Origin: Raillietiella orientalis
Lineage: Eukaryota
Length of the DNA stretch: 64,000 nt
NCBI GenBank assembly: GCA_036172245.1
Contig: JAYWIR010000063.1
Location: 496,001-560,000, forward strand
Direction: 5' to 3'
The notes beneath the pieces are model-generated. The model worked only from the letters and a program-made list of their open reading frames with translations. It was not told the DNA's origin and made no database searches. Shown piece by piece: positions 36,065 through 50,372 of this stretch. The position numbers were made by a program, and so were the translations under genes. Each line of letters begins with the position of its first letter. The first letter of the stretch is position 1.

Positions 36065-36325
36065 CGACGACGCTGCATTCTTTGATAATCTCGCTACCCT
36101 GCTCTTTCTTCTTTTGATAGGCTAGTTTCTTCTCGAGACGTCGTTCTTTTTTAGATTTTTTGGCCGTTGCCACCTGCCACCCTGGCTCCAGGCCGTTCCC
36201 CTCGACCTTTTCGGCTGTGTTTGCCGGGGTCTCGGGTGCGGCCTGGGCCTTGGGCGCAGGTGGCACAGCTTTCGCAACAGCTTTCCGCACCTGCCTTTTC
36301 TGCAGCAGCCGGGCACGTTTTCGCG
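36065..36325 (-). mobile_element. A0-subfamily ORF1 fragment, inverted
   Basis: KRARLLQKR..AKAVPPAPK..WQVATAKKSKKERR..IIKECSVVV matches 6035-6295. Confidence 0.9.
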
Positions 36326-36493
36326 CGTCATTCTCTCTCAGCAGCAACAAAAAACGAAGGAGTATCCGTAGGGATGTCCACAGAGTCAGCAAAAGGTGGT
36401 GCCTCTGAATTGCAGAGGTGTTGCACGCATTACCGTTTGCACTTGGCAAAGGACGGGTCTTTGCATTCTCGAATCTGCGGTCTCACCGAAAAA

Positions 36494-36542
36494 GTAGGAT
36501 TCGTGGATCTTAAGTCCAATGAATTGATTCTGCCATATTAGA
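36494..36542 (-). tRNA. trnL2: mt tRNA-Leu(UUR) pseudogene, partial
   Basis: TCTAATATGGCAGA..TTGGACTTAAGATCCA directly after cox1. Confidence 0.8.
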
Positions 36543-38047
<1,505 letters not shown>

Positions 38048-38049
38048 TA

Positions 38050-38110
38050 GGTTCATAAGATTTTGTATTTCTAACCTTGAAGGTTAGTAGTTTATTTAAC
38101 TTATAATCTT
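38050..38110 (-). tRNA. trnW: mt tRNA-Trp pseudogene
   Basis: AAGATTATAAGTTAAATAAACTACTAACCTTCAAGGTTAG, anticodon TCA. Confidence 0.75.
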
Positions 38111-38127
38111 CAAGTGAAGTATTGGGT

Positions 38128-38190
38128 AGAGTAAAATAACTGAGCAAAGTGGTAAATTGTAAATTTATTAATGATAAAATGGAGTTTGAT
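38128..38190 (+). tRNA. trnY: mt tRNA-Tyr pseudogene
   Basis: GTAAAATAACTGAG..GTAAATTGTAAATTTAT, anticodon GTA. Confidence 0.7.
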
Positions 38191-38191
38191 A

Positions 38192-38250
38192 ATTAGATAA
38201 TGTTCTTGAGTTTGTGGAATTGCAAATTCTATGTCATATAAGAATTGCCG
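38192..38250 (+). tRNA. trnC: mt tRNA-Cys pseudogene
   Basis: Anticodon arm GGAATTGCAAATTCT. Confidence 0.6.
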
Positions 38251-38257
38251 TGTTATA

Positions 38258-38325
38258 CTGGGTGCAAGGTAGTGTAAAATGCACACTAAAATTTGAGTAT
38301 AGGGGATATGTGGAATGTAACTTGT
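38258..38325 (+). tRNA. trnQ: mt tRNA-Gln pseudogene
   Basis: TAGTGTAAAATGCACACTAAAATTTGAGTATAG, anticodon TTG. Confidence 0.55.
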
Positions 38326-38329
38326 AAAC

Positions 38330-38945
38330 AGAATTGATTGATGGATGGATAGTTAAATTAGGAAAGAGAGGGAGGGGCAGGAGTGTAAGGAGAAAGGAAA
38401 TAGAAATTGAAAGGAAAGATGGTATGGAGGGAGTTCCTGGTTTGTTTATCGGAAGAACAGTGAATGATGGGATTCTAATATTGAGGTAGATGAGAAGGGA
38501 TATTGAGGAGGAGATAATTTGGATGATTGCTTATGGAATAGGAATTAGTTCTAAGAGGCTAGTTTTTGTCAAGATAGGTGAATGTTGATTGATAATCACA
38601 AGTTGTTGTTGATGATGGGTAATAGCCACTAATGAAAGGGTATTATGCCTAGTTTTATGAGTATGATTATTGAGATGGCTGGGGACAAAATGGAAGGGAA
38701 GGAATTGAAAATAATGCAGATAAATAGGAAAAGTGATGATGAAGTTGCTTCAATCAGGAAATAGTTTCTTGTAGAATGTGTTGAAAATAGGGGTAGCTGG
38801 GATTGAGATGATGAAATATACGGAAATTGTATTGATTTCTAATCTTAATCAGATTATTAGTCAATTATTGGTTGATAATGTAATTCATGTTCTAAGAAAC
38901 ATTAGGGGTAGGAGCAGTGAAATTGAAGGAAGGAGAATGGGGGGA
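38330..38945 (-). pseudogene. nad2: mt NADH dehydrogenase subunit 2 (NUMT, internally deleted)
   Basis: STNNWLMIWLSLEIN, YFLIEATSS-like motifs; follows trnM. Confidence 0.75.
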
Positions 38946-39003
38946 TCAAAGAAACAAATCATAAATGGGGTATGGGCCTATCAGCTAATTTAGCTTATCT
39001 TTG
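38945..39003 (-). tRNA. trnM: mt tRNA-Met pseudogene
   Basis: AAAGATAAGCTAAATTAGCTGATAGGCCCATACCCCA. Confidence 0.8.
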
Positions 39004-39014
39004 ATTTAATTGTG

Positions 39015-39075
39015 TAGTATTGATGCAGGACATGTTATCTTTATCAAAGAAATCCTTTATTTAAGGTACATTACT
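39015..39075 (-). tRNA. trnI: mt tRNA-Ile pseudogene
   Basis: AAAGGATTTCTTTGATAAAGATAA, anticodon GAT. Confidence 0.65.
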
Positions 39076-39096
39076 TGCTTGTTATTGAGATTTGTG

Positions 39097-39157
39097 ATGA
39101 GGTTGAGTTAAATTTTTCTTTTCAAAATAAGTGTTTTAATTAAACTAGTCAACTGAA
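39097..39157 (-). tRNA. trnS2: mt tRNA-Ser(UCN) pseudogene
   Basis: AGTTGACTAGTTTAATTAAAACACTTATTTTGAAAAG, anticodon TGA. Confidence 0.5.
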
Positions 39158-39539
39158 ATTAATTTTTACAAAGTGATAAGAAGTTTTTATTTGGATATTT
39201 TCGAAAATAATGAGGAGGGAGTATTTTGTGCTTTATAATTTTTTAATTTAAACTAATTGATTACCATAAATATAGTTTTAGCAATGTTTAAGATATATTG
39301 ATATGAGTTAGTAGTGGCAGCTTAAATGTGAAGACATAAAAGTAAAATTAATGTTTTATTAATTTCAAACGAAATTTTTAGTTTTACATTTATATATTAA
39401 ATTTTAATGGGTTATTGTTTATAAAATAGAATTAGGTATTTAGTGTAGATAGTAAAATTAAAATTTTTATTCCACTAGGATTCTGAGATATTCAAATCCA
39501 AACTCAATCATCTATAAAAAAATTATTGATCTCAAATAA

Positions 39540-41070
39540 CACACAACAAAATATACCATAAAATATTTACTTTCTAGGATATTACAAACAATACTCTTCT
39601 TCCTAACAACACTAACCACTCCTACATACCACACACACCCTCACTCCATCCACCCCTTATCAATCATCTCTCTAATCACATCAACACGCATTAACAAATT
39701 TCTTAATATAAGCCCTCTCATCGACTTCAAATGCATAATTACCATCATCACATTTCTTCAACTCTTCATAAAATTTACTACACTCATTAGCAACAAACCA
39801 ATAAACAGCCCCCCAATCACTACATATTTCTCCATAGCAGACAACATAAATCTCTCAATCTCCTCCACAACCATTTAGTGCTCCTTAATGAGCAGTAAAT
39901 TAGCTACTCCACACCTCCCACCACCACTATAAAACCTAATCCATTAACACAACACCGTATCTATTACTTAATCCAACATTCCCCTCCGCACCAGCACTGA
40001 CATCCCTCATTGACCTACCTAACATCCGATATCCAGAAATCACCCTTAACACCAGCCCAATAAACACAACAATTTCTACCACCACCCCACAAATAATCTT
40101 TACTATAGTAACCTCTCAAAAAAGGAAGCCCCATCAACCCCATAATTCTAACATTCTAAATTACTCTTAAAACTACATTAACCATTTCTAAATTTCCCAT
40201 GACCTGCAAATCATGTCCCCCATCATACCCATGAATAACCAATCCCGCACACAAAAGTATCAACGATTTAAACACAGCATGAATCAACAAATAATAATAC
40301 ACTAGCATCCCCATACCTAAACCTAACCCAATAAACATTACACCCCACTGTCTCAGCATTGAATGTGAAAATCTTTTTTACATCAAAGTCCATCCTCTCC
40401 ATTACTCCTGAATACACCATCGTCAAAAGACCAATATAAACTATTACACTATTCATCATCCCAATTTCATTAAATCGAATCATTAAATACACCCTGCAGT
40501 TACTAATGTTGACAAATGGACCAAACCTGAAACTGGTGTAGGTGCTGCCATAGCCTCCGGTAACCACGAACTAAATGGTAACTGTGCACTCTTAGTCATC
40601 CTTCTTAACATTACTACCCAAAAATATCAACTGTTAACACATAATCTCTCATAAATTCGAGTACCACCCATTAACAACCACCCAATACCCATCAATAAAA
40701 TCCTAGCCCCAACACGATTATTCAAAAAAGTAATTATAGCCCCATAATCAGAACCACGGCTCATAGAAAAAATAACCACACAATAAGAAATAATACCCAA
40801 TCCATCTCAACCCAAAATAATCGTCACTAAACTACCACTCATAATTAACAATATTCTCACCACAAACCAAAATACGAACATCAAAAAACACTTTTTCCAT
40901 CATTCCTCATGCTCCCAACTGCACATCATAAGCAAACAAGAAACATACCCTATAAATAATAAGCACCTATCATCCAAAACAAACAATACACCCCACTCCA
41001 TTCCTCCCAACCTCATTCACATTACCGTGAATAACATAAATATTAGAATTCCTAACATCCAATAATATGA
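39540..41070 (-). pseudogene. nad5: mt NADH dehydrogenase subunit 5 (NUMT)
   Basis: [48 protein letters not shown]. Confidence 0.92.
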
Positions 41071-41074
41071 ATAG

Positions 41075-41320
41075 GCTGACAGTAATCATTACCATACCCT
41101 CACCTAACCAGCACAACCAAAGACAACCCCATAGCTCCTTCACAAATACTAGATATCATCATAATCAAAATTTCAGATCCATTACCACCTACACTCATTT
41201 CCAGCCGAAAAAAATAATCCAAGCTACCCAACATCAACATCTCCAGCCTCAACAACCCCTTAAAACATGTCCCTTATTCATACAAAATCTTCATAAACCT
41301 AATCAAAATACAATTATCAT
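41075..41320 (-). pseudogene. nad4L: mt NADH dehydrogenase subunit 4L (NUMT)
   Basis: LLSLEMLML and ICEGAMG..GND motifs. Confidence 0.75.
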
Positions 41321-41399
41321 CCCCATCTCTATTACTAAACTATTTACTCCTGGATATACCTACATACAAATCTCTAGATCTCACTACTATCCACATTTA

Positions 41400-41840
41400 C
41401 TCCTTGCATAATCATAATTACAACCATATCTCCTTTATTGCTCATACACCAACCCTATAATCATAGCTTTCTTCCCATCTACCATTTCATTAACCATTAA
41501 CCATTACCATTGCCATCAACCTCCTTTTCATAACATCATAATATGCTATCATTCTATTGCTCATCTATTTTGGAGGAATTCTAATCATCTTTTCTAATAT
41601 AACATCTCATACAATACAACATACAATGAATTATTCACATTCAACACAAAACCCTTAATTATTGCCCCGTTTCTACTTTTTATATGTACTCCAAACCAAT
41701 CTACCTCCCCATCCACATCTTGCTCATCAAAAATCCTACTATCATTACCAAACATCCCAATAACCTGATTCCTAATGTCCTACTTAATATTAACACTAAT
41801 CATTATTCCACACATAATCATACAAAATAAAACACCTCTC
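41400..41840 (+). pseudogene. nad6: mt NADH dehydrogenase subunit 6 (NUMT)
   Basis: LLLIYFGGILIIFS motif; lies before cytb. Confidence 0.7.
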
Positions 41841-42970
41841 TGCTCTCTCCAATAATAACAATCCTCAACAAAAAAATCAATCATATAATTAAAATACCCT
41901 TACCATCAAACATCCTATTCTTGAAATCTAGGCACCCTAATAGGAATCTTCCTAATCACCCAACTAAGAACAGGCATTATCATCTCTATACATTACACCC
42001 CCCATACCACAGAAGCCTTTTCATCAATCATCAATCTCATACACAATACTAACAACGGATGACTTATCCATTACATTCATGCCAATACTCGCTTCTCTGT
42101 TTTTCATAGCAATCTACCTGCACACCTTTCGCGCATTATATTTCTTCTCTTACAAAAACATTAGAACCTCACAATCTGATAAGAAGTAGAAATTGGGATT
42201 ACTTCTCCTTATCTTACTAATAATGACATTGTTCCTAGAATACGTCCTGGCACAAAAAGGTATTTGTCATCATTTTGAGCCACCACAGTTACAACTTACC
42301 TATTTTCCGCCATTCCCTTTATTGGACAACACATCATCTCCTTTTTATGAGGAAATTTCTTCGTCTCCAACCCCACTCATAATCGATTTTTCACCTCCAC
42401 TTCATTTTAGTAGTAATCATCATAGTAATCATCTCTCCATCACATAAATTTTTTCTCCATAAAAACTTATCTAGAAAGCCCCTGGGAACCAAAAGAGGCC
42501 TAGACATACTCCCTTTCCAACCATTCTTCATCATGAAAGACCTAACAAGCCTTTTACCATTCACCACACTTCTCTTTACATCCACCTTTTCCCTTACATA
42601 TTTATATCCGAAGAAAATTTCATACTCTCAAACTCCCTGGTAACTCCCACACATATTCAACCTGAATGATACTTCCTATTCCCTTAAACTATCCTGTGAT
42701 CAGTACCAAATAAACTAGGAGGAGTAATTGCCCTAATCGCCAGTATTCTCATTCCAACCACCTTACCAATATACAAACCTCCCACCCTTCCATCCTTTCA
42801 CTACTACCCCAGAAAAAAGATTCTTCTTTCACTTTTACTATCATCATTTTTAATTTTTACATGATTAGGAACTCAAACCATCACTTCATCAATACTACCT
42901 CTTAGACAAATTTCAGCGCTCATCTACTTTACATTCTTCATTATATTCTCCCTCTACTTAAATCAGTAAA
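41840..42970 (+). pseudogene. cytb: mt cytochrome b (NUMT)
   Basis: MHYTP, NNGWLIHYIHAN, TPTHIQPEWYFLF, PNKLGGVIAL. Confidence 0.94.
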
Positions 42971-42984
42971 TTACCCCCTTGCCT

Positions 42985-43490
42985 AGATATAGCTTCCGGT
43001 ACATCCACTTATGTATTCCTATATCAGAGCGACAGGCCCTTTGTACTCAACGATTATTACATTCAATTTACCTTTATCAAACAAATTCACAATGAAATCC
43101 TATTTCAACATAAAATTACATATGCACATCCAAATTTTAAATATTATAGTTCACTAATATCCCTTTTCATGCTGATCTTGATTGAAACTTAATTTAATTT
43201 AATTTCCCTTAAATAACCAAATCAACGATATACAAACATCAAAAAGGTAAGTTCGTCGCCTTTTATCGTTTACTAAGCAAACTCCCCTAATAATCCTCGT
43301 TACCGCCAATTCATGTAAGTCCCCTTGCTCATTTTCTGATACCCATTATCTATACCAGAGTACCTACTTCCATTTTACAAACAATAACTTATTGAAATCC
43401 AATACCCAAATATAAAACCAAACATTTTATTTCAAATTAACAAAATATTAATATTAATTTAACTTTTACGTTTAACCGCTCTCGCTGCAA
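42985..43490 (-). rRNA. rrnS: mt 12S rRNA pseudogene, 3' part
   Basis: Reverse complements of conserved 12S blocks: TTCCGGTACA..CTTATGT, AGAGCGAC..TGTAC, GATATACAA, TAACCGC..GCTG. Confidence 0.75.
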
Positions 43491-43737
43491 GATCAACTGG
43501 AGAAGGATCCCGGAAGCGGTTCCGTATTACGCCGATCCATCGTTCCACCGGAAACCTTCGGAACGCCTTCCCTCTTTGCTGCCTGCCCACCTGTCCCACC
43601 AGCATGCAGCACAGCTCGTTCGTCGTTGCATTCTCTCGTTTTCCAGAAACAGCCAGAAGAGAGCTCATCGTTGACCAACGAGTGCTGAAGGAGCTGCAGC
43701 AGCCCAGCAGCTCGGTCGCGACCTCTTCAAGCGGTGG

Positions 43738-45676
43738 TTTTTCACCCGGGTGAGCCGGAGCTTTCATTATTAGAATTTTTCAAAATACAAAAAATTTCAT
43801 AATAAAGTCTTGATTTTTTTTTTCGTTGTTCTGCTTGTTTTTCAGTCGGAACATGTGGCCCGACTGTCTTGAGGCACTTGTCCTTACCGACCCGAAGGCC
43901 GATAAGGTCCTCCACACTGGCGAAGGGGCGGGAAAAACAAAAATAAAACAAAAAAAAACAAAACGCCTGGGGGGCAATGTTCTCCGGGAGGGGGAGGAAG
44001 GGAAGAGATCACGGTTAGCCGTGAGGAGGCCTCTGCATCCGGTCACGGATGCGGACGAGTGCCTGTAAATGCTTTCGAAGTCGGCGCCAACGGCAGGCCT
44101 TCTCTAAGGAGATGGCAGCCCAGTGGATGGCATTCCGACTGGTATGTCCTCTCCTTGACGCGGTCCACTTGTCCAGTATCCAGCGTATGCAACAGAGCAC
44201 TGCTACACACCCGGAAGCTGGCAAGGTGTCCCGCATCAGGAGTCGAAAGATGTTCTTCGGGTCGCCCCGCGGAATGTTCAAGATCGACGAGAGTCGGTCC
44301 CACATATCGCGAAGGGCAACGCACTCTAGGATCAAGTGAGGGGAGGTCTCTCTTTCCGCACAGTCTGTACAATTAGCATCCACACTCCCCGATGTCCAGT
44401 GAGACAAGCGCGCTCTGCTTAAAAGTCCCCAACGGAGCAGAAGCAACGCCGTCTCCTGCCACTGCAGGGGAAGGGTGCCGTTGTCCCAAAACGCCGGGGG
44501 CCACTTCACCTCCTCCGGAGGTACTTCGAGCAGCGCGCCCCAGCGTGAAAGTCCATTCGGCGGGACACTCGGGGTACTAGCGTCCGCTAGTTCCCGGGAC
44601 GTCCACACCTTCAATAATTTTTTCCTGCCTCCGACGAGGCAGGACACTTCCCTCGATGCCTCCTGCTGGCTGTCTCGAACTTCCCTGAGGGAGGAGAGCA
44701 CTAGGGCAAGGGGGGTGAAGGAGGCTCACAGAAGCTTCCGTGGGTTGCGGACGATCTCCTGCAGTGGCTGACCAGCGTGCCTGCCTCTACGGAGGCAGGA
44801 GAAGTCCTCATCGCTGGAGCCGTTGATCTTCGCCCATGCGGAAACGGACTCCTGGAGCCAGGTATTCCAGTCCGCTGGGATGCAGGAGGTCCACGGATTC
44901 TCCCTCACCAGAGCAACCAGATCGCGCAGCTGAAACCCACAATGGTTCAGGCTACGGTCGTTGGCTACCAGGATTGAGGTCAATCCGTGACAGCCGGTTG
45001 CCCTGTGGGCGAGGAGTTTCAAGGGAGCACACGAGGGTGCTGTGCAGTACTTTGCCACAAGGGCAAGTTTTCGGAATTGGACCTGTCGCTCCATGCGCTC
45101 CAGCGTCAGGAGACCAAGTCCACCGTCCCTGCGTGGAGCGCACAGGTCTTTAAGACGGACGCGGGGCCTCCGATTGCCCCAGAGGGCTTTTCTAATGAGG
45201 CCCCTTGTCCTTTTACGAATTTGGGGAGGGGTGGGGCATACAAAAAGTAGGGGGCGGAGGAGGGGGGCCGCAAAAGCGTTCCACACCGCGGCCCGTTCCT
45301 GCAAGTAAAACTTGCAGTCCCGGAACGGGCCGATCGCCAACTCCACCTTTTGGAGACGGTCGGACCAGGCTTCTGCAGCGCAGAAGTCCCCCAACGGAAC
45401 GCCCAGGTACTTGAAGTACCCGCCCATGGGGATCCCCAAGCGCATCCAGTCCGACCGTCCTGCCCGCGACGAGTCAGAAGAAATGATCGACGACTTCACC
45501 CTGTTTACCTCGAAGCCCGTCCCACGGTGCAGCAACTCAAAGAAATCTTCGAGCGCCGATGCCGGGGTGGACCTGGGAAGCAGAAGCAGAAGGTCGTCGG
45601 CATAGGCCGACACGGCAGGCGTGCCGGGACATGAGCTCGGCAGGGTTGCCAAAGTCTCCCTGTATGCTCTCAGCAC
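43738..45676 (-). mobile_element. 5'-truncated A-family LINE (F)
   Basis: GTPAVSAYADD, KYLGVPLGD, RRDGGLGLLTLER, CTDCAERETSPHLILEC; terminal AATGAAAGCTCCGG..CCGGGTGAAAAA. Confidence 0.92.
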
Positions 45677-45699
45677 CGGGGAGGATCGCACCTCCTATA

Positions 45700-45930
45700 C
45701 TGGTTGTCTCCGAAGGGAAACCCCGAAGGGAATCTCCTTCCTCATTCTCTCCGGCAGGTCACTTCCCCCAATGGGAAGTGGTTGTCCATTTCAACTTCTC
45801 CGAAGGGAACCCGGAAAGGATCCGCTTGTAGGAATTTCTTCTCCGGAAGGAATCCGCAAGGGAACTGCTCCTTTATTCACCCCTCTGAAGAGAAGCCCGA
45901 AGGGACGCTTCCAAAGCTCAGAAGGGGCGC
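45700..45930 (+). repeat. Four imperfect copies of TCTCCGAAGGGAAnCCCGAAGGGA (tandem mini-hairpins)
   Basis: Copies near 45707, 45797, 45840 and 45882. Confidence 0.7.
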
Positions 45931-46299
45931 TGCAGCTTCCCGCAGGGAATCGCTGTCGCTTGCTTCCTTGTGCACACTCTGTGAAGAGGCGACGACTCGG
46001 AGAGTCCCTCCCGCAACAGGGGAAGTACGCTCCTTTGAACAACTGGAGAGATGCCCGTACGTGCTCCTGCTCCATCTTGAAACCGGAGGGATCCCCTGTT
46101 GAGGGGGATCCGCTCTCGAAAGCCCGACAGGAGGAGGAACTCGCCACTTCTTTATTCCAGGAGGACCCGACGGTCGACTCCCATCGTTCCGATCTTCATC
46201 GGGGGCCTCCGGCTTAATCCACCGCCGGTGCCACGCACAAATGATTAGGCCAACTAGCGCCATCTTGCAGGAGAAACTCGGAACCTAACGACACAGTGG

Positions 46300-48190
46300 C
46301 ATCAGTTTCTGCCGGAGTATTCGAACCCGCGACGCATAGTGCCACAAGCGGAAGCCTTAACCACAAAGCGTCCGAAGCGGGCAAACGTTCGTGCGTGCGA
46401 GATGGAAACTTCGCGACCAAACGGGAAAAACAGACGAATGTGGCATTATGTAAACAGTCTATTCGTTTCATGTTATCGCCCCAAACACTTTGCATTCTCC
46501 TTCAATTGGGACCGCTGACATCACTGCTTTGCTGTCATGGGTGACGTGCCCGAAGTCTGGCGGGAAACAGTAAAATAACTCCTAACTTACCTACCTACTT
46601 CTCCTACTGCTTCTCTCGGATTCCAATCGGAAGGGAATGCGGCCGTGGAAGCCGATGGGACTCTGGAAAAACAGACACAGTTCGTCATGGGTCCCAATGG
46701 GGGTGCCGTCAGGCGCTCGTGGACTCTACCGCCCTCAGAGTTCCAGCTCACACCTGTTGGGTGATGTGTTTGCACAAATGCGCGCAGGTCCGATAAGACT
46801 CCCATCCACGAATCGACCCACGCGACATTCCTGAAAGCAACAAGCAGCATTTTCGTTCCCCTCTGTCCCAAACACTTACTCTGCTTTGGATTCCTCGAGG
46901 ACGCAACCAGCAAGCAATTGCACCACGTTCGTCATACGCTTGACAGTTGTCACAGGATCTGGGCTCCAAGCAAAGGGTACTTTCGACTTGCCTGCCCTTC
47001 AACTTACCCTCATCAACCAGGAGAGGTCCGCAACGCTCTCTCTGATGACGCAAAGATGAGCGTAGGTCGCACATGCAGTGTTGCACTCTTTGAATGCCTC
47101 GATCTGTCGAAGATATTCCGAGAGGGGCTCCTGTAGTGTGAGCACCGTACGGTGGTCAGGTTTCTTGCAACGAGTAAGCGCATGGAGAAATTCTCGCTGG
47201 ATTCTGAATAGAAGAAAGTTGCTCGCATGTTCTTGTTCTAACGTTTTCGGAACTTCGAGAAGGCAGCGGCGAGCGATGGCTTTCAGAAATTACCGAGCTC
47301 TCACCGCAATGCTTTCACCACCATCAGCGCCTGCCGCCGAACTTCCTCCGAGATGCTTCTCGACCGGATGTGGAACATTGCCAAGGATCCCAACGAATTT
47401 GGTCAAAGTCCAGGACCCACGCTGCGACAGTCTCTAAAAAGACATACGATGAATCAAAATTCCAAAACTGTGGACTCATTCGCTAAGGGCAAAGAGGATG
47501 CGCTTTCAGCGGGGGAACTTTTGCCTTGAAGACGAAGAAATTTCGGAAAAGAACCGCTAATGCACACTCTGAACCTTCTCGAAATCTTACCTGCCAAACC
47601 GCTGGAAGACCAGGAATTCGTGCTTGGAAATCGTTCTGCAAGCACGGTCTTGCGCCGGAGCAGCACGCGCATGCGCACCGGGAACAAATCTGGCGAGTGG
47701 TCGAAGGCTGCTTGACAGTGAGCCATGCAAGCAGCTCGCCGCGCGTTCCTCGTGGGTTTGCAGCTGAGATGCGCGCAAATGGAGGTGAGAACCGGGGGAG
47801 ACTTCTGCGGGAACATCGCTGCTTCCCCTGCCGCACGCTGATCAAACCCCCTACGTGGGAACCTGACGCCGCACGGATTCAAATCATCCCGCATGCTGGA
47901 CCATTGACGCTGTTAAACGCGACATTTTGCAGCCCAGAACCCGTTACAAAAGGTCCAGCTCTCCTGAAAATCCGCCTTTTGTCGGTGTGGGCTGAGCATG
48001 AAGGCCGTCTCCATACCGTCTTTGCCCGCAAATATCATGTGATCAGCGTGCCCGGGACAACACGCGAGTCGCAGGAATTCCCGTTTTCAGAGCGAGAATC
48101 CAGAATGCAGAAGGCTGCGCTTCCTTGGATCGCGTCGCAAGATCTAAGGCGAAGTTGGAAAAGTGTGCTTCGGGCACATGATGCAGATAG
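46300..48190 (+). mobile_element. Highly decayed DIRS/Ngaro-like tyrosine-recombinase retrotransposon
   Basis: RNase H-like LLWIPRGRNQQA (~46870), RIWAP; then YR-like RAWKSFCKHGLAP, GFAAEMR, PEPV, HVISVPGTT, RRSWKS in the expected order. Confidence 0.42.
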
Positions 48191-48224
48191 GATGTCAAAT
48201 GGGGGGGGTGTTGCTGTTGTGGAA

Positions 48225-48505
48225 GAAGATTGGGGAGAAAAAGAGGAAAAGTGAGAGAACGAGGAACCAAGAGAGGCAGAAAGAGGCGAACGGAGGGAAA
48301 GCGAGGAGAGAACGCTAGAAAGAGCGAGGAGGAGGAGATTACCAATAGTGATATAGAAGAGGAGAAGTAATGGACGAAGAAAGCAAAAATAAGAGGATCC
48401 GTAGGAGAAGAAGAAAAGAAGGAGTTGAAAAAGAAAACGATAAAAGGAATGGACTGAGACCGAGAAAGCAAGGAACAGAAGGAAGGGAATGAGGAAGAAA
48501 GGAAA
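48225..48505 (+). repeat. GA-rich low-complexity tract (CT-rich tracts also at ~49880-50010, 51290-51365, 52020-52230)
   Basis: Purine-only composition. Confidence 0.8.
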
Positions 48506-48839
48506 GTGGACGCTTCACGGGATTTCGTTTCATTTCCTTTGCATTTTTTTTTATTTGTTTTGCATCACAGGCAGCATGAAGGCCACACAGCGAGGGTTTT
48601 CATTGGGATGAGGGATGCGAATTTCAAAAGCGCCACTCGTCAGTCTACGCCGATCCAGACTGAGAACGTCTCCTCCCAAGCACGCCAGATACGAAGAAAA
48701 AAAAGAAGGAAACATCTCTTTGGAGAATGGATTCGAAAGTCCCTCCTTGGCAACGCAGGAGTGGAAAAAACAGAGTGAGGCAAAAGGGCAAAAAAAACAA
48801 GCTTTGCGAGTTCCTATGTTTTTTTATGATCTTCCCTTC

Positions 48840-49870
48840 AAGGAACGCACGGTTCTTGCACAGGGCTCTTGCCGTGCAGGCAGGGGTGGCTTTTACGTGT
48901 GGATGGAGGAAGGAAACACAAGAGTGGAAGACGATTTGCTTTCTTGGAAAACGAAGGAACCGAAGGTGATAGTGGTCCTCGGTCAGCCAGGAAGAATGTA
49001 AAACTACAACGCCAAGTTCTGCATTTGGAGACCACCCGCCATCTCCACACATCGGAAAGCGCATTTCTCGTTCGAGCCTCTGTTTGTTTGCTTCGGCTGT
49101 TTCCTCATCTCGAAAGCAGCCTTGAAAAAGGAAGCATTCGCGGTAAGGAATGGCCCCTCAAATCCTCCTCACTCGTACACTTTTCCTTCCGTCCTCCGTA
49201 GCTGGTTGGATGCGTTAAGGCAAAAGGAGCAGTCTCAGCACCAAAACGCATCCTCAGAAGCCTTCCCAGAATCTGCAGGTATCTCTATATTACCGTTGAT
49301 CGACCTCTTCGGACTGGTAGCTGGCAGGAGAAGTGGACGTGGCGAACGCAGAAGCCGGATGCAATCACCTGACAGTCCATGCAATCCAGGAAACGACGAG
49401 ATCGACAAGACTTGCGAGTAGGCTGCAACTGATGGTTCGGTCGGCTGACCACTCACGCACCGACATAGAGATGTCTCTATAGTCCGCGACATCTGCACCT
49501 CAGTCCACCAGTGGAGGACAAGAACGAGCACGACAGAAGAAGAGGGAAGGACTCCCTTTCTCTTCATCCACCCACCCATTTTGGTCTGAACGCCTTCGAA
49601 ATCGGGAACCAGTGGACGTAGATGAGACAGCTTCAGCATCTTGTCGCCTGGACCAGTAAAAGCAACGTTGACTGGTTTCTTGGAGCTTGCTGTTTCCAGC
49701 CTGGAGACGCTGATCGCGGGCCATTGACTCGAAGATGCGCATCTGCAGCTCTTCCGCCTTGGCAGGAAGTCTTTTTGGCCTCGGCGTCTCATGGCCACCT
49801 CCCATCTGACCCCTGTAAAGAAGCTCCTGCACTTTGCGTCTTGTTTGCGGCGTTCTTCACCTTCATGACC
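48840..49870 (+). pseudogene. Possible NACHT/STAND P-loop NTPase relic
   Basis: DDLL..EPKVIVVLGQPG..KTT (broken Walker A), later LTGF and CKEAPALCVLF; weak. Confidence 0.25.
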
Positions 49871-50014
49871 CCTGTGCCTCAACGGCCTCTCTCCTTATTT
49901 CTCTGTACAGAATTCCTTGTCCAATTTCTGTTCCACTCTCTCGTCCTCCTCGTAAGACAGCAATCCTTCCACTCTTGACCTCCTTTTCTTTTACTAAGCT
50001 TCTTCTTCTCTGCT

Positions 50015-50282
50015 CACTTACATATTTATTGAACTCAGCTGCAATCTTATCAGATTGACTTTCATCGGAGTTCAGATCGGTTGCAAAGTGTGTAACATAT
50101 TTACCCTTAGGGCCAATAAGATATATTAATGAAGAATGGGTCAATTTCCTGTTCCCCACCAACTTTGCTGGCATATTCTTTATAATTTGCAATTACCTCG
50201 TATATTTTTTCTCTTTCACCAGTTAACATTTGTATTCTATGGTCAAATTGCTGCTGGAATTCCTCGAGTTTTTCCGTGAATA
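50015..50282 (-). pseudogene. Wolbachia/Rickettsiales-like SCO1/SenC family C-terminal fragment
   Basis: TEKLEEFQQQFDHRIQMLTGEREKI..NYK.YASKVGG..(frameshift)HSSLIYLIGPKGKYVTHF. Confidence 0.85.
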
Positions 50283-50372
50283 CAGAATGAGAACCATTTA
50301 GGTCTTTCTACGATACCGTCCAGCCCATACTTCTGAGGGAGGAACTCTTTACTTTTTCACAGATTTTATAAC

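Noticed and set aside
39160..39470. rrnL 5' part versus control region
   Set aside because: AT-rich with no unambiguous motif; left unassigned
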